64,000 nucleotides of DNA. Origin: an uncultured Eubacteriales bacterium. Its GTDB lineage: Bacteria > Actinomycetota > Coriobacteriia > Anaerosomatales > CAVRZR01. This document shows positions 18,572-27,887 of the stretch, piece after piece (positions within the stretch are counted from its first letter, which is position 1; each line of letters begins with the position of its first letter). The stretch is from contig CAYGYT010000001.1 of the NCBI GenBank assembly GCA_964354215.1, positions 146,054 through 210,053 of the forward strand. Reading direction: 5' to 3'. Made by a program: the position numbers and the translations under genes. Below the pieces are notes generated by a model. The model was not told the DNA's origin and did not search any database. It saw only the letters and a program-made list of their open reading frames with translations.

Positions 18572-19411
18572 TTGCGCCGGCTGCCCATGGCTTCACTCAC
18601 CCTCGAGTCGCTCGGAGTCACGTACGCGGGTACGGATCGCGAGGTCGAAGCGCTCTCGGATGTCACGCTGTCGCTCGCCCAGGGCGAGCCGGTCGCCGTC
18701 ATCGGTCCGTCGGGCTGCGGGAAGACCACCTTGCTGCTCGCCGCCGCGGGATTGCTCGCGCCCACGGCCGGCCGAGTCCTTGTCGGGGGAGCACCGCTCT
18801 CGGGTGTGCGGCGCACGACCGCGCTCATCCTCCAGGACTTCGGTCTGTTCCCTTGGAAGAACGTGTTTCACAATGCTGGGCTCGGACTCGAGATTCGAGG
18901 GCACGGGCGCTCTGAGCTGCGCGAGCGCGTCATGGCGGCGCTCGACCAGGTGGGGCTCGCCGAGTTTGAGCGAGCGTACCCGGGCGAGCTTTCCGGCGGC
19001 ATGCGACAACGGCTCGCTCTTGCCCGCGCGCTCGCACTCGAAGCCGACCTGCTGCTCATGGACGAGCCGCTCTCGGCGCTCGACGCGCTCACACGCGAGG
19101 ACCTGCAGGACGTACTGCTGGCGCTCTGGCAGAAGCGAGGGCATACGTGCGTTCTCGTGACGCATTCGATCGAGGAGGCGGTGTACCTCGGCCGCCGAGT
19201 GGTCGTGCTCACTCCACGCCCCGGGCGCATCGCCGCGATCGTGGACAACCCCATGATGGGCGAGTCCGGGTATCGCGAAAGCCGCGAGTTCTACGAGCGG
19301 GCCGTCGAGCTCAGACGGCTGCTTGCCGAGGAGGGTGCCGTGCACGCGGGCGTCGGCCCGAGATCCGGTCCCGGGGGCTCTCCGGACCGCGAACCAGGTC
19401 CGCGCTCATGA
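18572..19411 (+). CDS. ABC transporter ATP-binding protein (NitT/TauT family)
   Basis: Walker A is GPSGCGKTT, the signature is LSGGMRQRLALARAL, and Walker B is LLLMDEPLSALD. Confidence 0.85.
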   Translation: MRRLPMASLTLESLGVTYAGTDREVEALSDVTLSLAQGEPVAVIGPSGCGKTTLLLAAAGLLAPTAGRVLVGGAPLSGVRRTTALILQDFGLFPWKNVFHNAGLGLEIRGHGRSELRERVMAALDQVGLAEFERAYPGELSGGMRQRLALARALALEADLLLMDEPLSALDALTREDLQDVLLALWQKRGHTCVLVTHSIEEAVYLGRRVVVLTPRPGRIAAIVDNPMMGESGYRESREFYERAVELRRLLAEEGAVHAGVGPRSGPGGSPDREPGPRS

Positions 19412-20160
19412 GTCCCTTCGCACGGAAAGCGCTCGGCTACGTGGGCGCGGTCGTCGTGCTGCTTGCGGGTTGGGAGCTGCTTTCACTAGCGGTGGACTCG
19501 CCCGCGCTCCCGCCACCCACCGCAGCCCTCCCGGCGTTCGTGGCGCTGTTCGCGGATATCCTCCCCCAGATCGCGATCAGCGCCTGGCGCGTCGTGGCGG
19601 CCCTCGCGCTCGGCAGCGTGCTTGCGGTACCGCTCGGCCTCGCGCTCGGGCGCTCGCCGCGCGCAGATGCCGTCGCCGCCCCGATCGTCTTCCTCAGCTA
19701 TCCCGTTCCCAAAGTGGTCTTCCTGCCGGTGGTGATCATCTTGCTCGGTCTTGGGAGCCTGTCCAAGATTGTGCTCATCACGCTCATCGTCTTCTTCCAG
19801 ATCCTCGTCACGGCCCGCGATGCCGCCCGGGCGATCCCGCCGGCGTCCGTGCTGTCGGTGCGCTCGCTCGGAGCCGACACGCTGCAAGTGTTCCGGCACG
19901 TTGTCTACCCTGCCGCACTCCCGGACATCTTCACGGCGCTCCGGATCGGGAGCGGAACGGCCGTCGCGGTGCTCTTCCTTGCCGAGGCCTGGGCGGGTTC
20001 GGACGGCCTGGGCTGGTACATCGTCGACGCGTGGGGCCGCATCGACTACGAGGCGATGTTCGCGGGGATTCTCGGCATGGCGCTTCTCGGCGTGCTGTTG
20101 TACGAGGGGCTCGAAGCGCTCGAAGCTCGCATGTGCCGATGGACGCGGGTGGAGCGGTAG
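19408..20160 (+). CDS. ABC transporter permease (NitT/TauT family)
   Basis: The ATG overlaps the ATPase stop (ATGA). There are six TM helices and an EAA-like loop (ARDAARAIP...SLGA). Confidence 0.8.
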   Translation: MSPFARKALGYVGAVVVLLAGWELLSLAVDSPALPPPTAALPAFVALFADILPQIAISAWRVVAALALGSVLAVPLGLALGRSPRADAVAAPIVFLSYPVPKVVFLPVVIILLGLGSLSKIVLITLIVFFQILVTARDAARAIPPASVLSVRSLGADTLQVFRHVVYPAALPDIFTALRIGSGTAVAVLFLAEAWAGSDGLGWYIVDAWGRIDYEAMFAGILGMALLGVLLYEGLEALEARMCRWTRVER

Positions 20161-20172
20161 AAGGCGCAGCCC

Positions 20173-20412
20173 TCAGCTGCGGCGGTACGCGTCCAGAAAC
20201 GCATCGCGGTCTATTCCAGCGAGTCGGCACGCAGTGCGAAGCGTCGACCCTTTGATAGTGCGATGGTTCGGCAGCGTCATCGTCGTGGGCGTGCCGTCGG
20301 ATGCGAAGCCTCGCAGTGAGATGTGCTCGCCGGTGCGGACAACGCCAAAACCGAGAGACCGAAGCGTTGCGAGCACCCTCGAGAGCGGTGCGTCGCGGGG
20401 CCAGGGACTCAA
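20173..20412 (-). CDS. hicA: Type II toxin-antitoxin system HicA family toxin
   Basis: The YcfA/HicA pattern is L.SLGF..VR..GEH...........T.P.H..IK..TLR...R.AGI. It overlaps the upstream partner by 4 nt. Confidence 0.65.
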   Translation of the reverse strand: MSPWPRDAPLSRVLATLRSLGFGVVRTGEHISLRGFASDGTPTTMTLPNHRTIKGSTLRTACRLAGIDRDAFLDAYRRS

Positions 20413-20648
20413 CCAAGGCTGACGGTATCCTCTGCCACGAACGCATCGAGCACAGGCGACTCGTCGAAGGCATCGCTGCCGAATGTCTCGATGTGGAAGA
20501 GAAGTGCGGAACGCGCGTCGGCGATTGCCTCCTCCGGGGTGTCCCCCTCGCCGACGACCGCACCGTTCACTCCGAGAGGGTAGGCAACGAAGCCGTCCTC
20601 ATGCTGCTCTACGAGGATCTTGACGCGCTGGAGCATGGCTTCATCCAT
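20409..20648 (-). CDS. hicB: HicB-like (UPF0150) antitoxin
   Basis: The HicB N-domain pattern is EDGFVAYPLG..G.V.EGDTPEEAI.....AL. Confidence 0.6.
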   Translation of the reverse strand: MDEAMLQRVKILVEQHEDGFVAYPLGVNGAVVGEGDTPEEAIADARSALLFHIETFGSDAFDESPVLDAFVAEDTVSLG

Positions 20649-20782
20649 CTCCCGTGGGTGTGGGCGAGTATAGCACCGTCCCTTGTCACCTCCTCTGAAC
20701 TGACGGTGCCATCCGGATCCTAACCCGGCATGTCCGCTTTCCTACCGACGGTGACGGTCAGGAACTCCACGACCACTTCACG

Positions 20783-20990
20783 GTGACCTCAGTCGACGTC
20801 TTCGGCTCCTTTGCTCGCGGAGAGCAGCTCCCTGAGAGCGATGTGGAGTCTGCGCGACAGGATCGTGCACTACTACTTCGGGCTGAGCGACACGGCGCTC
20901 CTCCTTGTCGTTCGCGAGGCGGTTCCAGGTGTTCTGCCCCCTCTCAGCACACTGCTCGCCCAGATTGACGCAGAGGCGGAGGACAACTAG
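20783..20990 (+). pseudogene. Decayed MNT (nucleotidyltransferase) / HepT (DUF86 HEPN) toxin-antitoxin remnant
   Basis: Frame 1 encodes only VDVFGSFARGEQLPESDV, the MNT GS.ARGE..SD active-site start. A +1 frame from 20841 encodes only the HepT C-terminus (W)SLRDRIVHYYFGLSDTALLLVVREAVPGVLPPLSTLL. The bulk of both genes is missing. Confidence 0.5.
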
Positions 20991-21063
20991 CCGCAAAGAG
21001 GCCGCGCGTGGGCATACTCTCCGAGGAACCGCTTCGCGCGGCGCGTTCCGAGGAGGTGGAGAG

Positions 21064-21687
21064 ATGTTCGCCGATCGGGTCGATGCCGGCCGACAGCTTG
21101 CCCGAGCGCTCGGGCGATTTGCCGACGCGCCCGATGCGGTCGTGCTCGGGGTGCCCCGCGGTGGCGTGGTAGTTGCCGCCGAAGTCGCGAATGCACTCCG
21201 TCTGCCGCTTGACGTCGTCGTGGCGTCGAAGGTCGGAGCGCCCGGCAACCCCGAGTATGCCGTGGGCGCGGTCGCCCCGGACGGCATCGTCACGCCCAAT
21301 GAGCGGAGCGGCTACACCGCCGACGACCTGCAGCCTCTCGCGCAACCGGTGCATGCCAAGATCGCGCACCGGCTCGACGCGTTTCGCGGTGGCCGAGGCG
21401 AGCTCGACGTCTCAGGGAAGACCGCCATCGTCGTCGACGACGGCATTGCGACCGGTCTTACCGCACGCGCCGCATTAGAGTATCTGCGCCGCCGAGGAGC
21501 GGGGCACATCGTCGTGGCCACGCCGGTCATGCCTCCGGAGTCGGCTCACATGCTCCGGCAGATTGCCGATGAGGTGATCGCTCTCGACACACCGTCGCTG
21601 TTCTGGGCGGTCGGGCAGTTCTACAAGCACTTCGATCAGACCGATGACTCTGAGGTCGTACGGTTGCTCGCGGAGGCGCGAACATAG
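21064..21687 (+). CDS. Phosphoribosyltransferase family protein
   Basis: The start is MFADRVDAGRQLA..L, and the PRPP-binding loop is AIVVDDGIATGLTARAA. The track ORF begins earlier (20905). Confidence 0.75.
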   Translation: MFADRVDAGRQLARALGRFADAPDAVVLGVPRGGVVVAAEVANALRLPLDVVVASKVGAPGNPEYAVGAVAPDGIVTPNERSGYTADDLQPLAQPVHAKIAHRLDAFRGGRGELDVSGKTAIVVDDGIATGLTARAALEYLRRRGAGHIVVATPVMPPESAHMLRQIADEVIALDTPSLFWAVGQFYKHFDQTDDSEVVRLLAEART

Positions 21688-21745
21688 GAGCACCGGCCGC
21701 CGTCGGCAAGAGCGGCGCGGCCAACGCGGCGAGCGAAGCCGGCGG

Positions 21746-22363
21746 CTAGCGGAGCAGGTTCGCGCCTGCCATGAGCGCAACGACGCCCATCGCCGCGATG
21801 ATGGCGCCCGAGACGCGGTTGATCGTACGCATGGCGCGCACGCCCACGCGTTCGCGCATCATGCCCACGACGCCGGACAGCAGCAGCCACCACGCGGCCG
21901 AGCCGCAGAAGACGCCGAGCACGAGCCACGCGGCCTCGACAGTGCCTCCTCCCGTGCCCGCGAGCCCGAGGCCGGCGAACACCGCGGCGAACGCGATAAT
22001 CGTCGATGGGTTCGTGAGGGTGAGCGCAAAGGTGGACGCGTAGGCGGGCCAGATGCGGGCCGTGTCTTCGGCGGTGCACTCGGTGGGCTCGGCGAGGAAC
22101 GTGCGCCAGCCCAGGTACAGCAGAATGACACCGCCCACGATTCGCAGCCATGCTGCCTGCTCGACCAGAACGGCTGTCACCGCCGTCAGCCCGAAGGCCG
22201 CTGTCGCACCGTAGACTGCGTCAGCCGAGGCGGCGCCAAGCCCGGTTGCGAGCCCGATCACGCGCCCGTGCGCGAGCGTCCGACGGATGCAGAGCACGCC
22301 GATCGCCCCCACGGGCGCAGCGATCGCGAAACCGATGAGTACTCCTCGGTAGAAGTACGGCAT
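21746..22363 (-). CDS. LysE/RhtB family amino-acid exporter
   Basis: The N-terminal block is GFAIAAPVGAIGVLCIRRTL.HG...G...GLGAA.AD, with about six TM helices in about 205 aa. Confidence 0.8.
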   Translation of the reverse strand: MPYFYRGVLIGFAIAAPVGAIGVLCIRRTLAHGRVIGLATGLGAASADAVYGATAAFGLTAVTAVLVEQAAWLRIVGGVILLYLGWRTFLAEPTECTAEDTARIWPAYASTFALTLTNPSTIIAFAAVFAGLGLAGTGGGTVEAAWLVLGVFCGSAAWWLLLSGVVGMMRERVGVRAMRTINRVSGAIIAAMGVVALMAGANLLR

Positions 22364-22447
22364 CGCGCTCCTTGGTCCGGACGTTGGCGTGCTAGCATGC
22401 GCAGCTTAGGCGATGATACAGGGACGATTCACACCCGAAGGAGCCCC

Positions 22448-24142
22448 ATGGCCCGGCGCACTCGCCCCGCCCCCGTTTGCCGAGAAGACGAGACCTTCTT
22501 CCAGAAGTGGGGGAGCCTGCTCGTACTGAGCCTCGCACTCGCGATCATCCTGATCGACGTCACGCTGCTCAACGTGTCGCTCAAGGCGATCATCGAGGAC
22601 CTGGACACCGACATCCAGTCGGTCCAGTGGGTCATCACAGCGTACTCGCTCACACTGGCGGCTCTCACCATCACGGGCGGACGCCTCGGCGACCTCTATG
22701 GCCGCAAGCGCATGTTCATGTTCGGCGCGGTGCTGTTCGGGATCGGATCGTTCATCGCTTCGATCTCGCAAAGCGTGCCGCAGCTCATCATCGGCGAGTC
22801 GATCATCGAGGGCGTGGGAGCCGCGCTCATGATGCCGGCGACCGCATCGCTGCTCGTCTCGAAGTTCCGCGGGCGCGATCGCGCCATCGCGTTCGGCGTC
22901 TGGGGCGGCGTTGCCGGCGCTTCCACGGCGATCGGTCCGCTGCTCGGCGGCTGGCTCACCACCAACTACAGCTGGCGCTGGGGCTTCCGCATCAACCTGT
23001 TCGTCGTCGCCGTGCTGCTCATCGGCTCGGTGCTCATCGACGAGTGCTTCGACACCGAGGAGAAGCGCGATCTCGACTGGATCGGTGTCTTCCTGTCGTC
23101 CTCCGGGCTGTTCGCGCTCGTGTTCGGCATCATCGAATCGAGCACCTATGGCTGGGTCTACGCCAAGAAGCCGTGGGAAGCGTTCGGGAACACGTACGAA
23201 CTCGCCGGCTACTCGATCAGCCTCTTCGCGATCGCGGCAGGCGTCATCTTGCTCACGCTGTTCATGCTGTGGGAGCGCCACGTCGAGCGCGCTGGCCGCA
23301 CGCCTCTCGTGTCGCTCGAGCTCTTCTTGAACCGCCAGTTCACGTCAGGGGCATCCACGACCGCGGTGGTCTCGATGGGCCAGGCGGGACTCATCTTCTC
23401 GATCCCGATCTTCATGCAGGCCGTTCGAGGCGCGACCGCGTTCGAGACCGGCCTTGTGCTGCTGCCGTCCTCGATCGCGGCATTCGTCGCGGCACCCACG
23501 GGTGCCGTGCTCTCACAGCGCATTCCGCCGAAGCGGATCATCCAGTTCGGACTGGTACTCAACATGATCTCGTATCTGATGCTCCGTCAGGCGCTCACCG
23601 TAGATGCCACCGGGGTGGATCTGATCCCGGGTCTCGTTGTGCAGGGCATAGGCCTTGGCGTCGTGCTGGCGCAGATCAGCAACGTGACGCTCTCGGCGGT
23701 CTCGGTCCAGCAGGCAGGCGAGGCGTCAGGGGTGAGCAACACCTTCCGGCAGCTGGGCGCCACCCTCGGCACCGCGATCATCGGCGCGCTCATCTTGGGC
23801 TCCATCAGCACCGGCCTCGTCGACGGGCTCAAGGCGAGCCCGGTCATCCCGGATCAGTTCAAGGGGCAGATCTCGAGCATGGTCGAGGAGCAGTCCTCCG
23901 CGGTCGAGTTCGGGAGCGGCGCGCGGCTGCCGGGGCAGGTGCCGCAGGCCATCAAAGACGAGATCACCAAGGTGAGCCACCAGGCGATCACCGACGCGAA
24001 CGACGAAGCGCTGCTCTGGGGTGCCGTGATCGCTCTGTTCGGCCTCGTGGCGTCGATCTGGCTGCCGGGTGGGCGTGACCTCGAGCGCGACGAGAGTGCC
24101 GCACACCACTCGGATGCGGACGAGGTGGCTGCCGAGGCGTGA
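22448..24142 (+). CDS. MFS transporter, DHA2 (EmrB/QacA, 14-TMS) family
   Basis: Blocks seen: LDVTLLNVSLKAI..DL, W.ITAYSLTLAALTITGGRLGDLYGRKRMF, and a 14-TM layout. The track ORF 5' extension from 21644 is antisense to lysE and was rejected. Confidence 0.85.
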   Translation: MARRTRPAPVCREDETFFQKWGSLLVLSLALAIILIDVTLLNVSLKAIIEDLDTDIQSVQWVITAYSLTLAALTITGGRLGDLYGRKRMFMFGAVLFGIGSFIASISQSVPQLIIGESIIEGVGAALMMPATASLLVSKFRGRDRAIAFGVWGGVAGASTAIGPLLGGWLTTNYSWRWGFRINLFVVAVLLIGSVLIDECFDTEEKRDLDWIGVFLSSSGLFALVFGIIESSTYGWVYAKKPWEAFGNTYELAGYSISLFAIAAGVILLTLFMLWERHVERAGRTPLVSLELFLNRQFTSGASTTAVVSMGQAGLIFSIPIFMQAVRGATAFETGLVLLPSSIAAFVAAPTGAVLSQRIPPKRIIQFGLVLNMISYLMLRQALTVDATGVDLIPGLVVQGIGLGVVLAQISNVTLSAVSVQQAGEASGVSNTFRQLGATLGTAIIGALILGSISTGLVDGLKASPVIPDQFKGQISSMVEEQSSAVEFGSGARLPGQVPQAIKDEITKVSHQAITDANDEALLWGAVIALFGLVASIWLPGGRDLERDESAAHHSDADEVAAEA

Positions 24143-24237
24143 GGGAAGACGATCCTCGCTACCGCCCTCGGTCTGATCGAGTGTGTGACATGAGAATGGC
24201 CCGCGGAGCCAAGACCGCGGGCCACATGATGTGCAGA

Positions 24238-24313
24238 TGGTGCCCCCGGCAGGATTCGAACCTGCGACACCAGGTTTAGGAAACCTGTGCTCTATCCCCT
24301 GAGCTACGAGGGC
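24238..24313 (-). tRNA. tRNA-Arg (anticodon CCT)
   Basis: The minus strand reads GCCCTCG-TA-GCTCAGGGGATAGAGC-A-CAGGT-TTCCTAA-ACCTG-GTGTC-GCAGGTTCGAATCCTGC-CGGGGGC-A-CCA. The cloverleaf is complete with a 7 bp acceptor stem (one G-U pair) and an encoded CCA. Confidence 0.9.
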
Positions 24314-24355
24314 GCGCGTTGCATCATAACAATCATGCTGTTGAAGCGGTGTGCG

Positions 24356-25066
24356 TCACCTCGCCGCCGGGATCGATCTGATGACGTCGGATAGGTCGTT
24401 CGCGGATCGGTTCAGGCACACTCGCGTGATGGCCCCGACCGACGGATTCACGCCGGCCTTCGTGTAGTTCGAGACGAGCGACCAGTACCACCGGTGGGAG
24501 AACGATGCGGCACCGCGCGCCTTGCCCTGCACATTCGTGACGCGCTGGTAGCCATCGCTTTGTATCCAGCCGCGGCGCTCGCCGGCGTAGCTCGTGAGCA
24601 GATCGACGGCTTCCTCGTACTTGCCGTGCATCGACTGCTCGGCCGCGACTTTGTCGGTGTGGAGCGGCTGACAGATATCGGCGTAGTAGTGCGAGAGCAG
24701 CCCAACATACGTGCTGGCCCCGTCGTAGTCCTTCGCGCGGTAGGCCTTCACCGCGAGGGTGTAGCACTCGCCGATACGTGCCGGCGCGTTGCCGTAGCGT
24801 CTGCCCCAGACATCGTAGGCGTGGTAGTACCAGTCCTGGAAGAGCATGTCCGGGTCGTCAGTGGCGGCAAGTGCGGTCGAGGTCTCGAGCCAGGATGGGC
24901 TGCCCGCGAGCCGCTGCGCCTCAGCAAGCACCCAGTCGTGCGTGCCGAAACCCCTGCCGTAGTTCGGGCCGTTGCTCCACGCGAACGCCGGAGTGGCGCT
25001 GCTGGCGCCGAGCACGAGGACGCCCACCAGGAGAATCGCTGTTCGCAGGTGCCCTCGAACCATCAT
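24356..25066 (-). CDS. Secreted zinc-dependent phospholipase C / P1-nuclease superfamily protein
   Basis: A signal peptide ends in AFA before W. The mature protein has W1 and H14 (WSNGPNYGRGFGTHDW). The spacings H-x3-D-x5-H (HYYADICQPLH) and H-x3-E (HGKYE) mirror the Zn-ligand spacing of B. cereus-type PLC. Confidence 0.65.
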   Translation of the reverse strand: MMVRGHLRTAILLVGVLVLGASSATPAFAWSNGPNYGRGFGTHDWVLAEAQRLAGSPSWLETSTALAATDDPDMLFQDWYYHAYDVWGRRYGNAPARIGECYTLAVKAYRAKDYDGASTYVGLLSHYYADICQPLHTDKVAAEQSMHGKYEEAVDLLTSYAGERRGWIQSDGYQRVTNVQGKARGAASFSHRWYWSLVSNYTKAGVNPSVGAITRVCLNRSANDLSDVIRSIPAAR

Positions 25067-25085
25067 GCCGCGCGCTTCCTCTCGG

Positions 25086-25529
25086 CTACTTGAAGACCCC
25101 GAAGTACCAGACGGCGAGCGCGATCGCGACGATAATGAGGACCCAGCCGACCGTCACCAGGCTGAACACGCCCGTGCGAGCGGCCTTCTCCTCAGCTTCG
25201 ATCTTCTCTTCGGCCGAGCGGTGCGGCTTCTCGCCGGCACCTTGCGCATTCTTCTCGCCGATCAGCTTCACGGCGTCGTCGGCGCGCTCGGCAGGAACTT
25301 CGAGCACGAGGCGCTTGTCGTCGTCGTGTTCGATGCGCGCCGATATGCCGTCCTGCTCAAGATGCCGGCGCTCGGACTCGAGCCGACTCCTCGCGCCTTC
25401 GCCGCTCACGCGGTCGACGACGGCCCACGCCTCGGCGCGCTCGGGTCGCTTCTCGGCGGCGTGCTCCGGTGCTGGCGGGATGGGCGGCTGTTCTGGGAAG
25501 AACGGATCGGTGCTGGGGGCGTCAGGCAT
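25086..25529 (-). CDS. Tail-anchored hypothetical membrane protein
   Basis: It has a Pro-rich N-terminus, a charged middle region and a single C-terminal TM (VFSLVTVGWVLIIVAIALAVWYFGVF). No motif was recognised. Confidence 0.45.
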   Translation of the reverse strand: MPDAPSTDPFFPEQPPIPPAPEHAAEKRPERAEAWAVVDRVSGEGARSRLESERRHLEQDGISARIEHDDDKRLVLEVPAERADDAVKLIGEKNAQGAGEKPHRSAEEKIEAEEKAARTGVFSLVTVGWVLIIVAIALAVWYFGVFK

Positions 25530-25571
25530 GGGGCAGGGTCCTCTCGACGATGTCAGCGTGTCGGGTCAGGT

Positions 25572-26405
25572 TCAGGCTGCGGGCGGCTGGTCAGACGTCA
25601 TCACGGACACGTTCTTCTCCTTCACGAACGCGAGTACCTCGTCGACATGGCAGCCAAGCCCGAGGTTGATGAACTGGTGCTCGATGATCTTCTCACCTTC
25701 CGCGGTCGTGACTTCGGGACTGAAGCCGAGCGGGAGGTGGATCGTCGAGCTCTGGATCGCCCAGACGCGGCCGGAGAGGTCGAAGATGGGACCTCCGCTC
25801 TGTCCGCGGAGCCCGGGCGAGGACGTTTCGAGGAAGCGCACCTTGCGGCCGGTCGCCGAGTTCTCCCTTATCGCATCACGCGTGTAGATGCCGTCGACCG
25901 GGAACCGAGGAATCGGCGTGACCCCTGGAGCGAGGCTAAAGGCCTTCGTCTTCTCGTCGAAGGTCGCCGACGCCTGGTGCAGCGGGTAGCCCAGGCGACA
26001 CAGCTGGTCTCCGGGCCGGATCGCGCTCGCCGGCTGCCCGAAGACCGGGTAGGCGCCAATCGACGCGGGGTTGAAGCCTTTGAGACGGGTGAGCGCGAGG
26101 TCGCGGTCGAAATCGACGTGCACGTCGGTCATGCCGATCGAGTCGACGCCCCACCAGTACGAGACGTTCGTGAGCCTGCCGGCGTCGTCTGTGACGGCCG
26201 GGGCTGGGCCTGTGTTCGCGCCCCAGGCCGACGGGTCCGCGGCGCGAAGCGCTTCCATCATGTGGCCGGCTGTGAGCGCCCAGCCTTCGGCATTCAAGAC
26301 GATGTACGCACCGATGCTGCAGCGGACGGTCCCATCGGCGGACCGTGTGGAGATGACGAGCGGGCGCGTGAAGCCACCTGCGATCTCGATCGCGTCTGCG
26401 AACAC
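25572..26405 (-). CDS. Trypsin-like (S1/chymotrypsin fold) serine peptidase, no signal peptide
   Basis: Catalytic triad candidates are TAGHM (His), DRDLAL (Asp) and GLRGQSGGPIF (Ser). Confidence 0.7.
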   Translation of the reverse strand: MFADAIEIAGGFTRPLVISTRSADGTVRCSIGAYIVLNAEGWALTAGHMMEALRAADPSAWGANTGPAPAVTDDAGRLTNVSYWWGVDSIGMTDVHVDFDRDLALTRLKGFNPASIGAYPVFGQPASAIRPGDQLCRLGYPLHQASATFDEKTKAFSLAPGVTPIPRFPVDGIYTRDAIRENSATGRKVRFLETSSPGLRGQSGGPIFDLSGRVWAIQSSTIHLPLGFSPEVTTAEGEKIIEHQFINLGLGCHVDEVLAFVKEKNVSVMTSDQPPAA

Positions 26406-26483
26406 GTTCCCTCCGCGAGTCGGGGTGCCGACACCTGGTATCGCCGTCTCGTCAGAGACTACCCTACGCTGAGAGGGAGCACC

Positions 26484-27803
26484 TCACTCGAGCGCTCGAT
26501 AGATGCGTACCAGAGTCCGGGCGGCGGCTTGGTCCTCGATCCAGGGGCCGAGGTCGTTCCACAGCAGCAGCGTGTTGGTTGGGCGGGCGCTGGCGCAGGT
26601 CTGCCACCAACCCTCGTCCTCACGCGTCTCGAGAAGCGGCGCGCGCGTCCGGCGCTCGGGGTCGGCGAGCCAGATGCGGCGGACCCGTCTCGTGATGCCG
26701 CCCGGTGTGCCGACCATGCTGGCCTCGAGGCTCTCGAATGCGGCGTAGCGGCCGAAGAAGGCGGGATCGATCGAGTCGATGCCCGCGAGCAGAACACCGC
26801 TGCGACTCGGGCCGTCGCTGGAGCTTCCCATGCGGCTCGCGGCCGAGCTCCGCGGCGCGAGCGGCGCGAAGTACAGGCTCGGCCAAGCGGCGCCCTCCCC
26901 GGGGAAGACGGCCCACGAAAGCCACTCATCGGACGCGCGCACGAAGTGCGAGACGGGGTGCTCGTTGTCCAAGTCGCGGGTGACCAGGATCCGTGCGGTC
27001 TCCGGATCGAAGAGTCGAGCGCGCACGTGGAAAGGCCGCGTATCGTCCAGTGTCTCGGTCATGCTGAGCAGCCCGTTGGTCGCACAGAACGTGGGAAACG
27101 CGTGGTTGGTTCGTAGCACTGTCCGCCGCTCAACGGTCACCAGGTCCAGCGACTCGACCGCGCCCGACCGCGGGACGTACTCCTGGCGGGGGCTCGGCAC
27201 CTTGTTGACGCTCCAGAACACCTTCGAGTCGAGCACCGCGTAGTGAGGTCTCAGCTTGTAGTCAGTGCGGCCTTCGTCAACGAGTCTCGGCTTGCCGAGG
27301 ACGAAGTCGTTCGCATCGATCCGCGCTGCGTAGAGTCGCCAGGTGGTGTTCCTCGGGTCGGCTTCCTCGTCCGGGCTGACTTCCTCCCAGACGAGCCACG
27401 AGTCGGAGAGCTTGGGCGTGTGGACGGAGTAGCCGCCAGCTGCGTTCACGGCCTGTTCCAGCACGATGCGATGCGCGCCGGAGGCCAGATCGAGCAGCCC
27501 GAAGACCACGTGGCCGGCATTCTGGCTTGTCTCGGAGTACGCGGCGATATGTTCGGTGTAGTCGGTGACTTGCGAGCCCGCGGGCAGCTCGAACTGCCGG
27601 AACGCGAGCCGCGGCGTGGCCGTGTCTGCCAGCGAGATCGTGGGCGGGTAGCGAATCGCCGAGGACGTCTCGGTCGAGCGCGCTCGTGGCGCCGACGGCC
27701 GAGGCTGCGTACGCGAGTCGCTGGAGCCCGGCGTGCAGGCCGGCACCAGCAGCAGAGCTGCGAGGACGGTGAGCCACGCGACGCGTGGATTGACGTTGGA
27801 CAT
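26484..27803 (-). CDS. Hypothetical lipoprotein
   Basis: The lipobox is LLLVPAC. The body is beta-rich with recurring W/Y-containing strands (possibly propeller-like). No catalytic motif was recognised. Confidence 0.55.
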   Translation of the reverse strand: MSNVNPRVAWLTVLAALLLVPACTPGSSDSRTQPRPSAPRARSTETSSAIRYPPTISLADTATPRLAFRQFELPAGSQVTDYTEHIAAYSETSQNAGHVVFGLLDLASGAHRIVLEQAVNAAGGYSVHTPKLSDSWLVWEEVSPDEEADPRNTTWRLYAARIDANDFVLGKPRLVDEGRTDYKLRPHYAVLDSKVFWSVNKVPSPRQEYVPRSGAVESLDLVTVERRTVLRTNHAFPTFCATNGLLSMTETLDDTRPFHVRARLFDPETARILVTRDLDNEHPVSHFVRASDEWLSWAVFPGEGAAWPSLYFAPLAPRSSAASRMGSSSDGPSRSGVLLAGIDSIDPAFFGRYAAFESLEASMVGTPGGITRRVRRIWLADPERRTRAPLLETREDEGWWQTCASARPTNTLLLWNDLGPWIEDQAAARTLVRIYRALE

Positions 27804-27887
27804 GGGCGGTCCTCCGGTTGGCTGAAGGATGACACAGTCGGGGAATGCGGGGCCCGGCTCGGCATTCCGGGCCCCGCAGGGGGAGGC

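Noticed and set aside
24195-24235. The hairpin GGCCCGCGG-agccaaga-CCGCGGGCC between the MFS gene and tRNA-Arg, considered as a bidirectional terminator.
   Set aside because: The stem is strong, but there is no T-tract on either strand, so I could not support calling it a terminator.
24972-27116. A 714-aa plus-strand ORF spanning the region of the tail-anchored protein, serine peptidase and lipoprotein genes.
   Set aside because: It is antisense to three well-formed minus-strand genes. It is extremely Arg/Gly/Ala/Asp-rich and has no motif, so I treat it as a high-GC artefact. The same reasoning applies to 27243..28667, 34120..35517, 36967..38325, 40678..42261 and 55394..57583.
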